DNA from: Polyangiaceae bacterium
GTDB lineage: Bacteria > Myxococcota_A > Polyangia > Polyangiales > Polyangiaceae
Assembly (NCBI GenBank): GCA_035482215.1
Contig: DATHQY010000448.1
Span: 1-43,221, forward strand
Reading direction: 5' to 3'
Length of the DNA: 43,221 bases
Shown here: positions 32,969-40,973 of the stretch, one piece after another
Numbering within the stretch: position 1 is the stretch's first letter
Layout: each line of letters begins with the position of its first letter
The notes under the pieces: generated by a model
Seen by the model: only the letters and a program-made list of their open reading frames with translations
Told to the model about the DNA's origin: nothing
Databases searched by the model: none
Program-made: the position numbers and the translations under genes

Positions 32969-34560
32969 GCCGGCTCCTTGTCCTGGCCGCGCAGGCCCGC
33001 GCCGTCGTCCCGCATCCTCCGGAGGTACGTCTTGTGGACTTGCACCGGATCGAGCCGCAGCTGCTTCGCGAACTCCACGAGGAAGCCACGCGTGTAGACG
33101 AGCGCCGGCAGCTCGTCGAAGCGTTCGTCTTCGATCGCCTGGAGATACCCGCGCCCGATGCGCGTCTTCGCGCTGAGATCGGCGAGGTCGAGGCCCTGCG
33201 ACTCGCGCACTTTGCGGAGCAGCGGACCGGTGAATTCGGTGTCCGGTCCGATCTCGCGTGCGAGGTCGTCCTGCAGCATCAGCTGCTCCGCCGCGAGCGC
33301 GGGGCGTGTCGTGCGCGCCGAAAGGACGAGCGGCTCGGGGTCCGGGAACGTCGACAGGTCGTACGCGCGCCTCCGGATCGCGTCGAGGAGCGTGTCGTAC
33401 GCTTCGTCGAGCTTGCGCTGCGCGCGCGTCAGCGCCGGCCCGTCGAGGAGCGACACGGTGGCGAGGCCGCCCGTCGCGTAGATCTCGCGCTGCCGCTTGT
33501 ACGCGCGGCGGATCTCCTCGTCGCTGGCCGAGCGGGTGACGCCGAGGACGGCGTAGAGCGTCGGTTCGTCCATCGGAATCGGAACCGGCTGCGTGCGCTC
33601 GGGGGCTTTGGCCGTCGCGAGCGCAAGGACGCGGCGCGCGATGCGCTCGACGTTACGCGCGCTCTTGCTCGCCGGGCTGTCCACGAGGAGCGGCTTGTTG
33701 CGCCGGACCGTGAGCCACACCGTGTCGTCTTGCTCGATGTGCCCGAGCTCGTCGAGCGCGACCCCGTAATGCCGCGACACGAGCCCGCTCATCCACGCGC
33801 CGAGCTCCGCGTCGGTGCGGACGCGGGTCTCGTTGACGACGAGCTGCATCCGCATTGCCTGCGCTTCGGTCCACGCGATCTCGGCGAGCGCGCGCTCGAC
33901 CCGCACGAGCTTGTGGACCAGATCGATCGGCGCCGGAAGCGATCCCATGTCCGCGAGCGCGCGCTCGACGAGTGAAGTGCGGAGCTTGTCGCGCATGAGC
34001 GCGCGGCGAAGGCGCCGCCGGAATGCGACCCGTAGGAACCGGTACGTCGTCTCGATCGCCGGCGGCTCGGGCACGGTGACGGCGATGGGAATGTCGGCCG
34101 CGAGCATGAGGTCGAGCGCGGAGTCGCCGTGGCCGGCTCCCACGTCGACGACGACGTACTCGGCGGGTAGCGCGCGGAGCGCCGCCGTCCACCTCGCGCG
34201 CCGTCCGGCGCGGAGCGACAGGCCTTTCGCGACGGAGTCGTGCGCGGCAGGCAGAAGGGCCAAGCCCGGTACGCTCGTCGTGACGAGCGCTCCCTGGATC
34301 GCGGCCGGTCCTCCTTCCGTCAGATCCGGTTCGACGTGCGCAGCGCGCAGCGCGAAGTGCGCGTGGAGGTTCGATCCGCCCGCGTCGGCGTCGACCAGCA
34401 CCACGGCCTTGCCGAGCTGCGCGAGGTACACCGCGAGATTCACGGCGACGAGGCTCTTGCCCACGCCTCCGCGGCCCGCGCCGACGGCGATCATGCACGA
34501 TACCTTCGGTGCGCCCGTCTCGTCGGGCGGGTTCTCTTCTTCGAAGCCGCTCGGACTCAT
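32965..34560 (-). CDS. Three-domain protein: MinD/ParA-like P-loop ATPase, J-like domain lacking HPD, and a RodZ-like helix-turn-helix
   Basis: The Walker A is AVGAGRGGVGKS, then VLVDAD. The J-like segment is LYAVLGVTRSASDEEIRRAYKRQREIYATGG. The C-terminal HTH is LRKVRESQGLDLADLSAKTRIGRGYLQAIEDERF. Confidence 0.75.
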   Translation of the reverse strand: MSPSGFEEENPPDETGAPKVSCMIAVGAGRGGVGKSLVAVNLAVYLAQLGKAVVLVDADAGGSNLHAHFALRAAHVEPDLTEGGPAAIQGALVTTSVPGLALLPAAHDSVAKGLSLRAGRRARWTAALRALPAEYVVVDVGAGHGDSALDLMLAADIPIAVTVPEPPAIETTYRFLRVAFRRRLRRALMRDKLRTSLVERALADMGSLPAPIDLVHKLVRVERALAEIAWTEAQAMRMQLVVNETRVRTDAELGAWMSGLVSRHYGVALDELGHIEQDDTVWLTVRRNKPLLVDSPASKSARNVERIARRVLALATAKAPERTQPVPIPMDEPTLYAVLGVTRSASDEEIRRAYKRQREIYATGGLATVSLLDGPALTRAQRKLDEAYDTLLDAIRRRAYDLSTFPDPEPLVLSARTTRPALAAEQLMLQDDLAREIGPDTEFTGPLLRKVRESQGLDLADLSAKTRIGRGYLQAIEDERFDELPALVYTRGFLVEFAKQLRLDPVQVHKTYLRRMRDDGAGLRGQDKEPA

Positions 34561-34575
34561 CGCCGACTCATCGCG

Positions 34576-35373
34576 CTAAGGGCGCACCTGCGCCATCGAG
34601 GCGCGCCGCAGGAGACTCAGGATACGCGCGCCGAGCTCGGGCCCGCGGAAAGGCTTCGTCACGTAGTCGTCGGCGCCGCACGCAAAGGCTTGCACCACGT
34701 CCTCCGCCCCCGCGTTTGCCGTGAGAAACAGGACCGGCAGCCTCCACGCGATCGGATCCTTTCTTATGATTCGGCAAAGCTCGAGGCCGGTCATCCCAGG
34801 GAGGTTCCAGTCGAGGACGACGAGGTCGGGCTGCTTCGCGCGAATGCGCGCGAGCGCGTCTTCGGCGCTCGTCGTCGACTGCGCCGTCAGCCCGGCGGCC
34901 GCCAGCATCGCCTTCATGACGTGGCAGATGTCCGGGTCGTCGTCGACCAGAAGGACATCGGCGGAGCCGGCGTCCTGCGCGAAGGCGCTCCTGTCGGGCC
35001 ACAGCGCGGCCTCGTTCGGCGACGTCCGATCGTCTTCGGCAAACTCGGGAGTGATCGTCGGCTCGGTGGGAGCGTCGGCAGGGACCGCGGGCGCCGCAAC
35101 GTGCATCCGCGTGCTTGCGGCGTCGGCAAATTCGACGAGCCGTTCCCAGTCGCGGCGCTCGAACGCGACGACCGCGGGCATCTTCGGGTCGGGGTAGAGT
35201 CCGCGCGCCGCCGCTGCCGTCGCGCGCCGCCGTTGCCCGATCTCGAAGATCGCGAGCACCCACTCACCGTCTCCCACGGCTTCGCCGGGAGGCAGTGCGA
35301 GCTCCTGATCCCCCTCTTGCAAGGCGCGCGCGAAGGCCGCAGCGTCGTCGAAGCGGAAGACGATGTTTCGCAA
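34576..35373 (-). CDS. Response regulator with a C-terminal receiver domain and an uncharacterised N-terminal domain
   Basis: The REC domain has LLVDDDPD, LVVLDWNLPGMTG and YVTKPF. I placed the start at TTG 35373. The upstream ATG 35571 would overlap the SlyX-like gene and cross a hairpin. Confidence 0.6.
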   Translation of the reverse strand: MRNIVFRFDDAAAFARALQEGDQELALPPGEAVGDGEWVLAIFEIGQRRRATAAAARGLYPDPKMPAVVAFERRDWERLVEFADAASTRMHVAAPAVPADAPTEPTITPEFAEDDRTSPNEAALWPDRSAFAQDAGSADVLLVDDDPDICHVMKAMLAAAGLTAQSTTSAEDALARIRAKQPDLVVLDWNLPGMTGLELCRIIRKDPIAWRLPVLFLTANAGAEDVVQAFACGADDYVTKPFRGPELGARILSLLRRASMAQVRP

Positions 35374-35419
35374 AGCGCCCGCACGGTAACGTGGGAAGGC
35401 CGTTGTGCAAAGGCAGGGG

Positions 35420-35436
35420 CGCCCCGCTTCGGGGCG
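35420..35436 (-). terminator. Hairpin CGCCCCG-CTT-CGGGGCG downstream of the SlyX-like gene
   Basis: A perfect 7-bp GC stem sits 26 nt after the stop at 35462. On the minus strand it is followed by CCCCTGCCTTTGC, a weak T-run. Confidence 0.4.
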
Positions 35437-35461
35437 TGTTTCCGTGGGCCTGCTTTCCGTT

Positions 35462-35719
35462 TCAGTAATGCGGCGGTTTGTCGTCCCGCAACCGGTCTTC
35501 GCGCGACGAGCCACCCACTTCGGCGCCCGCGGTTTCGGGGTGGCCCGGGTGGTGGGCGTCGCCCTCGGCATCGCGCCCCCGCCGCCGCAGGGCTTCGGCG
35601 CGCAGGGCGTCGATCGTCCGCTGCTGCGAGGCGACCACCTCGGAGAGCTCCGCGAGCTCGCGCTCGAGCTTCATGAACCGAAGCTCGAGGTCGACCGTGC
35701 GCACCTCGAGGTCCGGCAT
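35462..35719 (-). CDS. SlyX-like coiled-coil protein (85 aa)
   Basis: The sequence MPDLEVRTVDLELRFMKLERELAELSEVVASQQRTIDALRAE matches the SlyX pattern. The ATG begins 2 nt after the SDR stop. Confidence 0.6.
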   Translation of the reverse strand: MPDLEVRTVDLELRFMKLERELAELSEVVASQQRTIDALRAEALRRRGRDAEGDAHHPGHPETAGAEVGGSSREDRLRDDKPPHY

Positions 35720-35721
35720 GC

Positions 35722-36636
35722 TCAGACCTCCGTCACGATGCGTTCGGACACGGCCCACAGTCGGCTCGCGAGCGCTGCGTCGTTGGCGTTCGCCGTCGGT
35801 TTCGCGACGTTGCAATCGGCGAAGTACTCGCCGGTGACCTTCGCCAGCGACGGATGCGTCGCCACGTAGCACTGCGTGGCCGCGCCTTGGGAGACGTCCT
35901 TCAAGAAGAGCGGCGACGCGGCCGACAGTGCCGCCCGCGCGAACGCGGGCATGCTGCGTCCGAGGTTCGTCTGGATGACTCCCGGGTGCACCGCGTTCGC
36001 GCTTCGCCCCCCGTCGAGGCGTTTGGAAAGCTCTTTGGCGAAGAGGATGTTGCAGAGCTTCGATTGCCCATACGCGCTCCAAGCGCCGTATCCCTTCGCG
36101 CCCGACAGGTTGTCGAACTCGACGCCTCCCTTCGGCGCGCCGCGGTGCGCTTCGCTGCTCAGCATCACGACGCGGGCTCCCTCGTTCAGGTGCCCGAGGA
36201 GTCCCGTCACGAGGATGAAGTGGCCGATGTGGTTGGTGAAGAACTGGAGCTCGTAGCCGCAAGCCTGCTCGAGCTTCGGCAGTGCCATGATGCCGGCGTT
36301 GCAGATGATCGCGTCGAGCGGGTACCCCCTCTTCTTCACGCCTTCGACGCAGGCGCGAACGGACGCCGGCGTCGAGAGCTCGCACGTCATCGGCACCACC
36401 TCGCCCGCGAACGACCCACATGCGGTCCGGACGCCCGCCTCGGCCCGTCCCGTTGCGAGAATGCGCGCGCCGCGCAGCGCGAGCACACGCACGGTCTCGC
36501 GTCCGAGGCCCGACGCGGCGCCGGTGACGAGGATCGTTCGACCCGCGAGCGACAGGCCCGCGGTGACGTCTTCAGCCGTCGATCCGTAACCGAACCCGCT
36601 CGGGCCCTTGCCTTTGAGCGCGCTGAGAAGAGACAT
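35722..36636 (-). CDS. Classical short-chain dehydrogenase/reductase (retinol-dehydrogenase/WWOX-like)
   Basis: It has VTGAASGLGRE, NAG and YGQSK (YxxxK). A strong SD (GGAGGA) sits 5 nt upstream of ATG 36634-36636. Confidence 0.85.
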   Translation of the reverse strand: MSLLSALKGKGPSGFGYGSTAEDVTAGLSLAGRTILVTGAASGLGRETVRVLALRGARILATGRAEAGVRTACGSFAGEVVPMTCELSTPASVRACVEGVKKRGYPLDAIICNAGIMALPKLEQACGYELQFFTNHIGHFILVTGLLGHLNEGARVVMLSSEAHRGAPKGGVEFDNLSGAKGYGAWSAYGQSKLCNILFAKELSKRLDGGRSANAVHPGVIQTNLGRSMPAFARAALSAASPLFLKDVSQGAATQCYVATHPSLAKVTGEYFADCNVAKPTANANDAALASRLWAVSERIVTEV

Positions 36637-36668
36637 GCATTTCCTCCGATTCGTTCGCGAACGCCGCG

Positions 36669-38810
36669 TCAGCCGGTCCTTTGCGGGACTTCGTGGAGGA
36701 GAACCGGTTTCGACTCGTCGGACGCCCCGTCTTGCGGCAGATGGGGACGCGACTCCTCCCGCAGCTGCGGCCGCGAGTCGTCCCGCCCGCGCGTTCCCGC
36801 GGAAGCGTTCCCGCGCCCTCGGGTGCGGCCTCTCGAGATGGCTCCGCTCAGGATCTCTCCGATGAGCGTGCGATACGGAATCTTGGCGCCGTTCGCGATC
36901 AGGCACAGATCGCTGTAATCGGGCGTCAACCCGGGCAGAGGGTTCACCTCGATGACGAAGACCTTCCCCTCGGGGGTGAGGCGGATGTCCACGCGGGCGA
37001 CGTCGCGGCAGCCGAGGGCCGTGAACGTCGCGCGGCACGTCCGCTCGACCGCGCGAAGCTCCTCCTTCGTGAGCTGCGCGGGGCATTCGTAGCGGACGTG
37101 GTCCTGCCACTGTTGCTTGCACGCGTAGTCGTAGACGGGGCGCTCGCGGTTCTCGAGGAACACCACTTCCATCGGAGGAAGGGCGCGCGGGCGCCGCTCG
37201 CCGAGGAGGCCCACGGTGAGCTCCCGCCCGAAGATGTACTCCTCCACGAGCGCCGGCTGCCCGTAGCGTTCGATGAGGTCGCGCGCGACTTCGCGGACGG
37301 CGCCTTCGTCGTCGCATACGCTCTTGCTGCTGATGCCTTTGCTCGTCCCCTCCTGGTTCGGTTTGACGATCACCGGATAGCGGAGGGGACGGAGCTTCTC
37401 GCGACCGGTGAGGAGCACCTGGAACGCCGGGGTGTCGATGCCCACGAGCAATCGCTTGGCGAGCGACTTGTCGAGGCAGATCGACAGCGTCGCCGAATCG
37501 CTCCCCGTGTAGGGCACTCCGAGGAGCTCGCACAGGCTCGCGACCTGCGCCTCGCGACTCCGGCCCACCATTCCTTCGGCGATGTTGAACACGGCGTCGA
37601 CGTTCGCCGCCGTGAGCGCGCGCGGAAAGTCCGGCGTCGCTTCGAGCGGCACGACGACGTGGCCGTGGCTCTGGAGGGCCTGGGTGATGGCCTGGATCGT
37701 TTCGGGCGCGTCGTACTCGGCTTCGCGGTCGTCTCCGTCGTGCGACGCGATGCGCTTCATGTTGAAGGCGAGCCCGATTCGCAAGCCCGCGCTGCGGAGG
37801 CGGCCCGTGCGGTTGCGGTCGACGTCCAGAAGGTGCAAGAGCCCGTTTCGCGCCGCCGCTGATCGCAGGACCGCGGTGACCGTCGCGTCGTAAGGCAGGC
37901 CGTTCGCGGCCGTCGCGGCGAAGAGCGCGCCGTCGCGCTCGAAGCTCGGAATCGCCGTGGCGCTCAGAAACCAGATCTCGCCGTCGGCGCCGATGCGGAA
38001 GTCGAGGGCCGCGACATCGCGGAGCGAGAGCGCCGCGACCGTGCGATCCGTCAGATCGCGTAGCCGTTCGGCCACGCCGGGCGCGAGCTGCGCGGGCGCC
38101 CGCCGCCGGAGCATACGCGTGTCGAGGTTCGCGAGGCGGTAGTCGAGGATGTCGTGGCGCCGTGCGTAGCTCGGGTCGACCACCGTCTCGACGGCGGGAA
38201 GCGCGGGCAGCCCCTCCACCCGCACGACACGTACGTCGATCCCCGGGATGTACCGTTCGATGAGCGCGCCGTCCGGGTACTTCCCGAGAAGGTCCTCGAG
38301 CACGCGCGCCAGCGCGAGCGGGTCTTCCACGACGTTGTCTTGCTCGATGCCCTTGCTCGATCCCTCGAAGTTCGGCTTGACGAGGACGGGGAACGGCAGC
38401 TCGTCGAGTCCGCCGTTCTGTAGGGTCGCGCGCGTCACGAACCGGCCGCGCGGGCTCGGCACGCCCCAGCCCGCGAGCTGTTTTTTCGTGAGCGCTTTGT
38501 CGAGCGTCACGCAGAGCGTGTACGCGTCACTCCCCGTCGAAGGCATGCCCAGCTCTTCGAAGAGCGCCGGATAGAAGGCGCGCCGTGTTTTGCCGCGATG
38601 ACCCTCCGCCAGGTTGAAGACGATGTCCGGCGCGAACGCTTCGAGACGAGTCACGAGGAGCGAGGCGGGACCGGTCACGTCGATCGGTTCGACCCGATGC
38701 CCGGCGCGCGCGAGCGCGCGCTCGAGCGACGCGATGGTTTCGGGCGTATCGAATTCGGCTTCGGCTTCGGAGTCGGTGACGCGAAGATTGTGCGTAAGGG
38801 CAATTCGCAT
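36669..38810 (-). CDS. Tandem double ATP-grasp protein of the D-alanine-D-alanine ligase family
   Basis: There are two ~340-aa modules. Each starts I(A/G)L..N..(EAE)(F/Y)D.PETI and contains PV(L/I)VKPN.EG(S/T)SKGI. Only module 2 keeps the IEVNPLPG Mg-binding motif. Confidence 0.8.
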   Translation of the reverse strand: MRIALTHNLRVTDSEAEAEFDTPETIASLERALARAGHRVEPIDVTGPASLLVTRLEAFAPDIVFNLAEGHRGKTRRAFYPALFEELGMPSTGSDAYTLCVTLDKALTKKQLAGWGVPSPRGRFVTRATLQNGGLDELPFPVLVKPNFEGSSKGIEQDNVVEDPLALARVLEDLLGKYPDGALIERYIPGIDVRVVRVEGLPALPAVETVVDPSYARRHDILDYRLANLDTRMLRRRAPAQLAPGVAERLRDLTDRTVAALSLRDVAALDFRIGADGEIWFLSATAIPSFERDGALFAATAANGLPYDATVTAVLRSAAARNGLLHLLDVDRNRTGRLRSAGLRIGLAFNMKRIASHDGDDREAEYDAPETIQAITQALQSHGHVVVPLEATPDFPRALTAANVDAVFNIAEGMVGRSREAQVASLCELLGVPYTGSDSATLSICLDKSLAKRLLVGIDTPAFQVLLTGREKLRPLRYPVIVKPNQEGTSKGISSKSVCDDEGAVREVARDLIERYGQPALVEEYIFGRELTVGLLGERRPRALPPMEVVFLENRERPVYDYACKQQWQDHVRYECPAQLTKEELRAVERTCRATFTALGCRDVARVDIRLTPEGKVFVIEVNPLPGLTPDYSDLCLIANGAKIPYRTLIGEILSGAISRGRTRGRGNASAGTRGRDDSRPQLREESRPHLPQDGASDESKPVLLHEVPQRTG

Positions 38811-38828
38811 ACGCTTGAAGCTCGAGTC

Positions 38829-39614
38829 CTACTCCGCGTCAGCCACCGATGCGCGAAATTCGACCGGTAGATCGTGATCCATGCGGACGCGCTTCGTCTC
38901 CAGGTAGCGGGCCGAATGCGGATTCGACGGTACGACGATGGGCACACGCCCTACGACCCGAACGCCGAGCTTTCGCAAGGCGGCGACTTTCGCCGGGTTG
39001 TTGGTCAGGAGGCGCACGCTCTCGATGCCCAGATGATCGAGCATTTCGCGGACGACGTCGTAACGACGCGCGTCGATCGGAAGGCCCAGGCGGGCGTTCG
39101 CGTCGACCGTGTCGAATCCGTCCGACTGAAGGGCGTACGCGCGGATCTTGTTGGTCAAGCCGATCCCGCGGCCCTCTTGCCGCAGGTAAAGGACGGCGCC
39201 CAATCCCGCGGAGGCCACGGCGCCCATGGCTGCATCGAGCTGCTCCTTGCAGTCGCACTTCAGCGATCCGAAAACTTCGCTGGTCATGCACTCCGAATGG
39301 ACGCGGATGAGGACATTCTCCCGCCCGCGCACGTCGCCGCGCACCAGCGCAAGGTGCTCCTCGGCGAGCCCGTTCGCGTCGTCTATGGAATCGAGCCGCG
39401 CACGAAAAACGTGCGTGTCGAAATCGCCGTAACGCGTGGGAATACTCGCTTTCGCCACCAGCCGCGTGCCGTGGTCTCTCTCGTGTCCGACGAGATCCCG
39501 TTCGCTCTGGCGTTCGGTCGGCAGGGGTTCCATCCGCTCCGCCTGCCGTTCCGATTGGGTCGTTTGCGCGTGGCTCGTCTCGTGAGGCCGGATCACCCGC
39601 TTGGGGACGTGCAT
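38829..39614 (-). CDS. ribA: GTP cyclohydrolase II with a ~45-aa N-terminal extension
   Basis: It has RVHSECMTSEVFGSLKCDCKEQL (zinc cysteines), LRQEGRGIGL and LLTNNP. A GGAG SD sits 5 nt upstream of ATG 39612-39614. An alternative ATG is at 39533. Confidence 0.85.
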   Translation of the reverse strand: MHVPKRVIRPHETSHAQTTQSERQAERMEPLPTERQSERDLVGHERDHGTRLVAKASIPTRYGDFDTHVFRARLDSIDDANGLAEEHLALVRGDVRGRENVLIRVHSECMTSEVFGSLKCDCKEQLDAAMGAVASAGLGAVLYLRQEGRGIGLTNKIRAYALQSDGFDTVDANARLGLPIDARRYDVVREMLDHLGIESVRLLTNNPAKVAALRKLGVRVVGRVPIVVPSNPHSARYLETKRVRMDHDLPVEFRASVADAE

Positions 39615-39690
39615 CTCAACTCCGTTTCCTTCGTAAAGTGGCTCGTGTTCTTTCGGCTCGTCACTCGGCGAACCGCCGTGGGGACATCAA

Positions 39691-39719
39691 AACGTAGGTA
39701 CGAGTCCGAGATGCGTCAA
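39691..39719 (-). promoter_or_regulatory. Putative sigma-70-type promoter upstream of ribA (TTGACG-N17-TACGTT)
   Basis: On the minus strand the -35 TTGACG lies at 39719-39714 and the -10 TACGTT at 39696-39691, with a 17-nt spacer. It is ~75 nt upstream of the ribA ATG. This rests on pattern match only. Confidence 0.3.
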
Positions 39720-39863
39720 ACGTGCCCGTGCCACCGGGATGCCGGGCGGTCCCGGGCGGCTCGACCAGGCCTTGTTCTTGGCCTCGTTCGGCGGTTCGGT
39801 CAAGCTTGCGTCAAGGTCGCGGCGCCGTTGGGCCCGGGGCGAGAGCCTCGGGCCAAGCTCGCG

Positions 39864-40973
39864 TCAGGGATTGGATGCAGCGCGCCCGACTCGGTTTCCC
39901 GGATCCTGAGCGGACGGCATCGGAGGCGTCCCTCCCGCTCGCCCCCGCGGCCGCGTCGGCAGGCCCGTCACATGGCAGAGCCGCATCACCATGTCTTCGA
40001 GGACGGACTCCGGAGGCCGGCGCGACCCTTTGAGGGCAAGATCGGTCTCCGCGACGACCAGAAGCCACCGTTCGACCTCTTTCGCCGCCACGGCGCGAGC
40101 CTTGTTCGCGAGCTCGCGCGCTCGGTACGGCACGAAGACGCCGGCTCGCTTGGCCGCCGCGTCCGGTGCGGCCCCTGCTGCGATCTCCGCCTGGTAGCGC
40201 GCAAGCTGGCGCACCGACCATGCGAGCGCGCCCAGCAAGGGCAGGCCCCGATCGCGCGGATCGTACGCGTCAGCCAGGGTTCGGAGCGCACGCCCGAGGT
40301 CGCGCGCGCCGACCGCATCGACGAGCGCCCACGTATCGGCGAGCCGAACACGGGCGACGCACTCGCCGATCGCGCGTTCGTCGATCGGCTGCCCCGGTCT
40401 GGCATAGAGCGAGAGCCGTTCGATCGCGTCGTCGAGCGACGACAGGTCGGGCCCTGCGAGAGCCGCCAGAAGCTCCGCGAGCTCGCGCTCGATCGCGTGC
40501 CCTTTCAGGCGCGTCCGCTCCACGATCCACGGCACGAGCGCGCGCGCGTCGAGGGGATCGCACGCAACGAAGAAACCCTGTTTGCGTGCGGCGACTGCGA
40601 GCTTGCGCCGCCCGTCGATCTTCGTGGCGATCACGACGAGGCAGGTCGACGGTACGGGCGACGCGGCGTACTCGGTCAGCCGATCGAACGGAACCGACGC
40701 TTCCGCTCCGTCCCATCGCTCGGCGCCCCGAACGAGCACGAACCTTCGCTTCGCCATCATCGGCACGGTCAGTGCTGCTGTGACGATGCTCTCCACGTCC
40801 GCCTCTCCGGCGGTGAACTTGTCTTCGTTGAACGCCGCCGCCCCGCCTTCGAGGGCGGCTTTGCGGATCTCGGCAACGACTTCGTCGCGAACGAGGCGCT
40901 CCTCGCCCGCGACGACGTAAATCGGCAAAAGCTGGCCCGCGCGGGCCTGTTGGATGGCCTCGTACGGTGTCAC
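39864..40973 (-). CDS. holA: DNA polymerase III delta subunit
   Basis: The N-terminus LLPIYVVAGEERLVRDEVVAEI and the overall helical clamp-loader pattern fit holA. The GTG start at 40971-40973 overlaps the upstream stop as GTGA. Confidence 0.75.
   Translation of the reverse strand: MTPYEAIQQARAGQLLPIYVVAGEERLVRDEVVAEIRKAALEGGAAAFNEDKFTAGEADVESIVTAALTVPMMAKRRFVLVRGAERWDGAEASVPFDRLTEYAASPVPSTCLVVIATKIDGRRKLAVAARKQGFFVACDPLDARALVPWIVERTRLKGHAIERELAELLAALAGPDLSSLDDAIERLSLYARPGQPIDERAIGECVARVRLADTWALVDAVGARDLGRALRTLADAYDPRDRGLPLLGALAWSVRQLARYQAEIAAGAAPDAAAKRAGVFVPYRARELANKARAVAAKEVERWLLVVAETDLALKGSRRPPESVLEDMVMRLCHVTGLPTRPRGRAGGTPPMPSAQDPGNRVGRAASNP

Noticed and set aside
30972-33089. 705-aa minus-strand ORF spanning the lipoprotein and GT-C genes
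   Set aside because: It is an out-of-frame shadow: its composition is dominated by Arg/Ala/Pro/Ser and it has no domain signatures. The in-frame alternatives give a clean lipoprotein and a polytopic GT-C protein.
35374-35571. Longer response-regulator ORF starting at ATG 35571 (331 aa)
   Set aside because: The extra 66 codons would overlap the SlyX-like gene in another frame and run through the hairpin at 35420-35436. They encode a Thr/Arg/Pro-rich stretch. TTG 35373, just before the conserved N-domain, is more plausible, although it lacks a clear SD.
39615-39863. FMN (RFN) riboswitch in the 249-bp leader upstream of ribA
   Set aside because: On the minus strand there is a short resemblance (GTCCCCACGGCGGTTCGCCGAG versus the RFN core CCCCACCGGCGGT...). 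The rest of the ~130-nt conserved RFN structure (GGGCGGGG 5' arm, GGTGAAATTCC, CCGACAGT, AGTCTGGATG) is absent.
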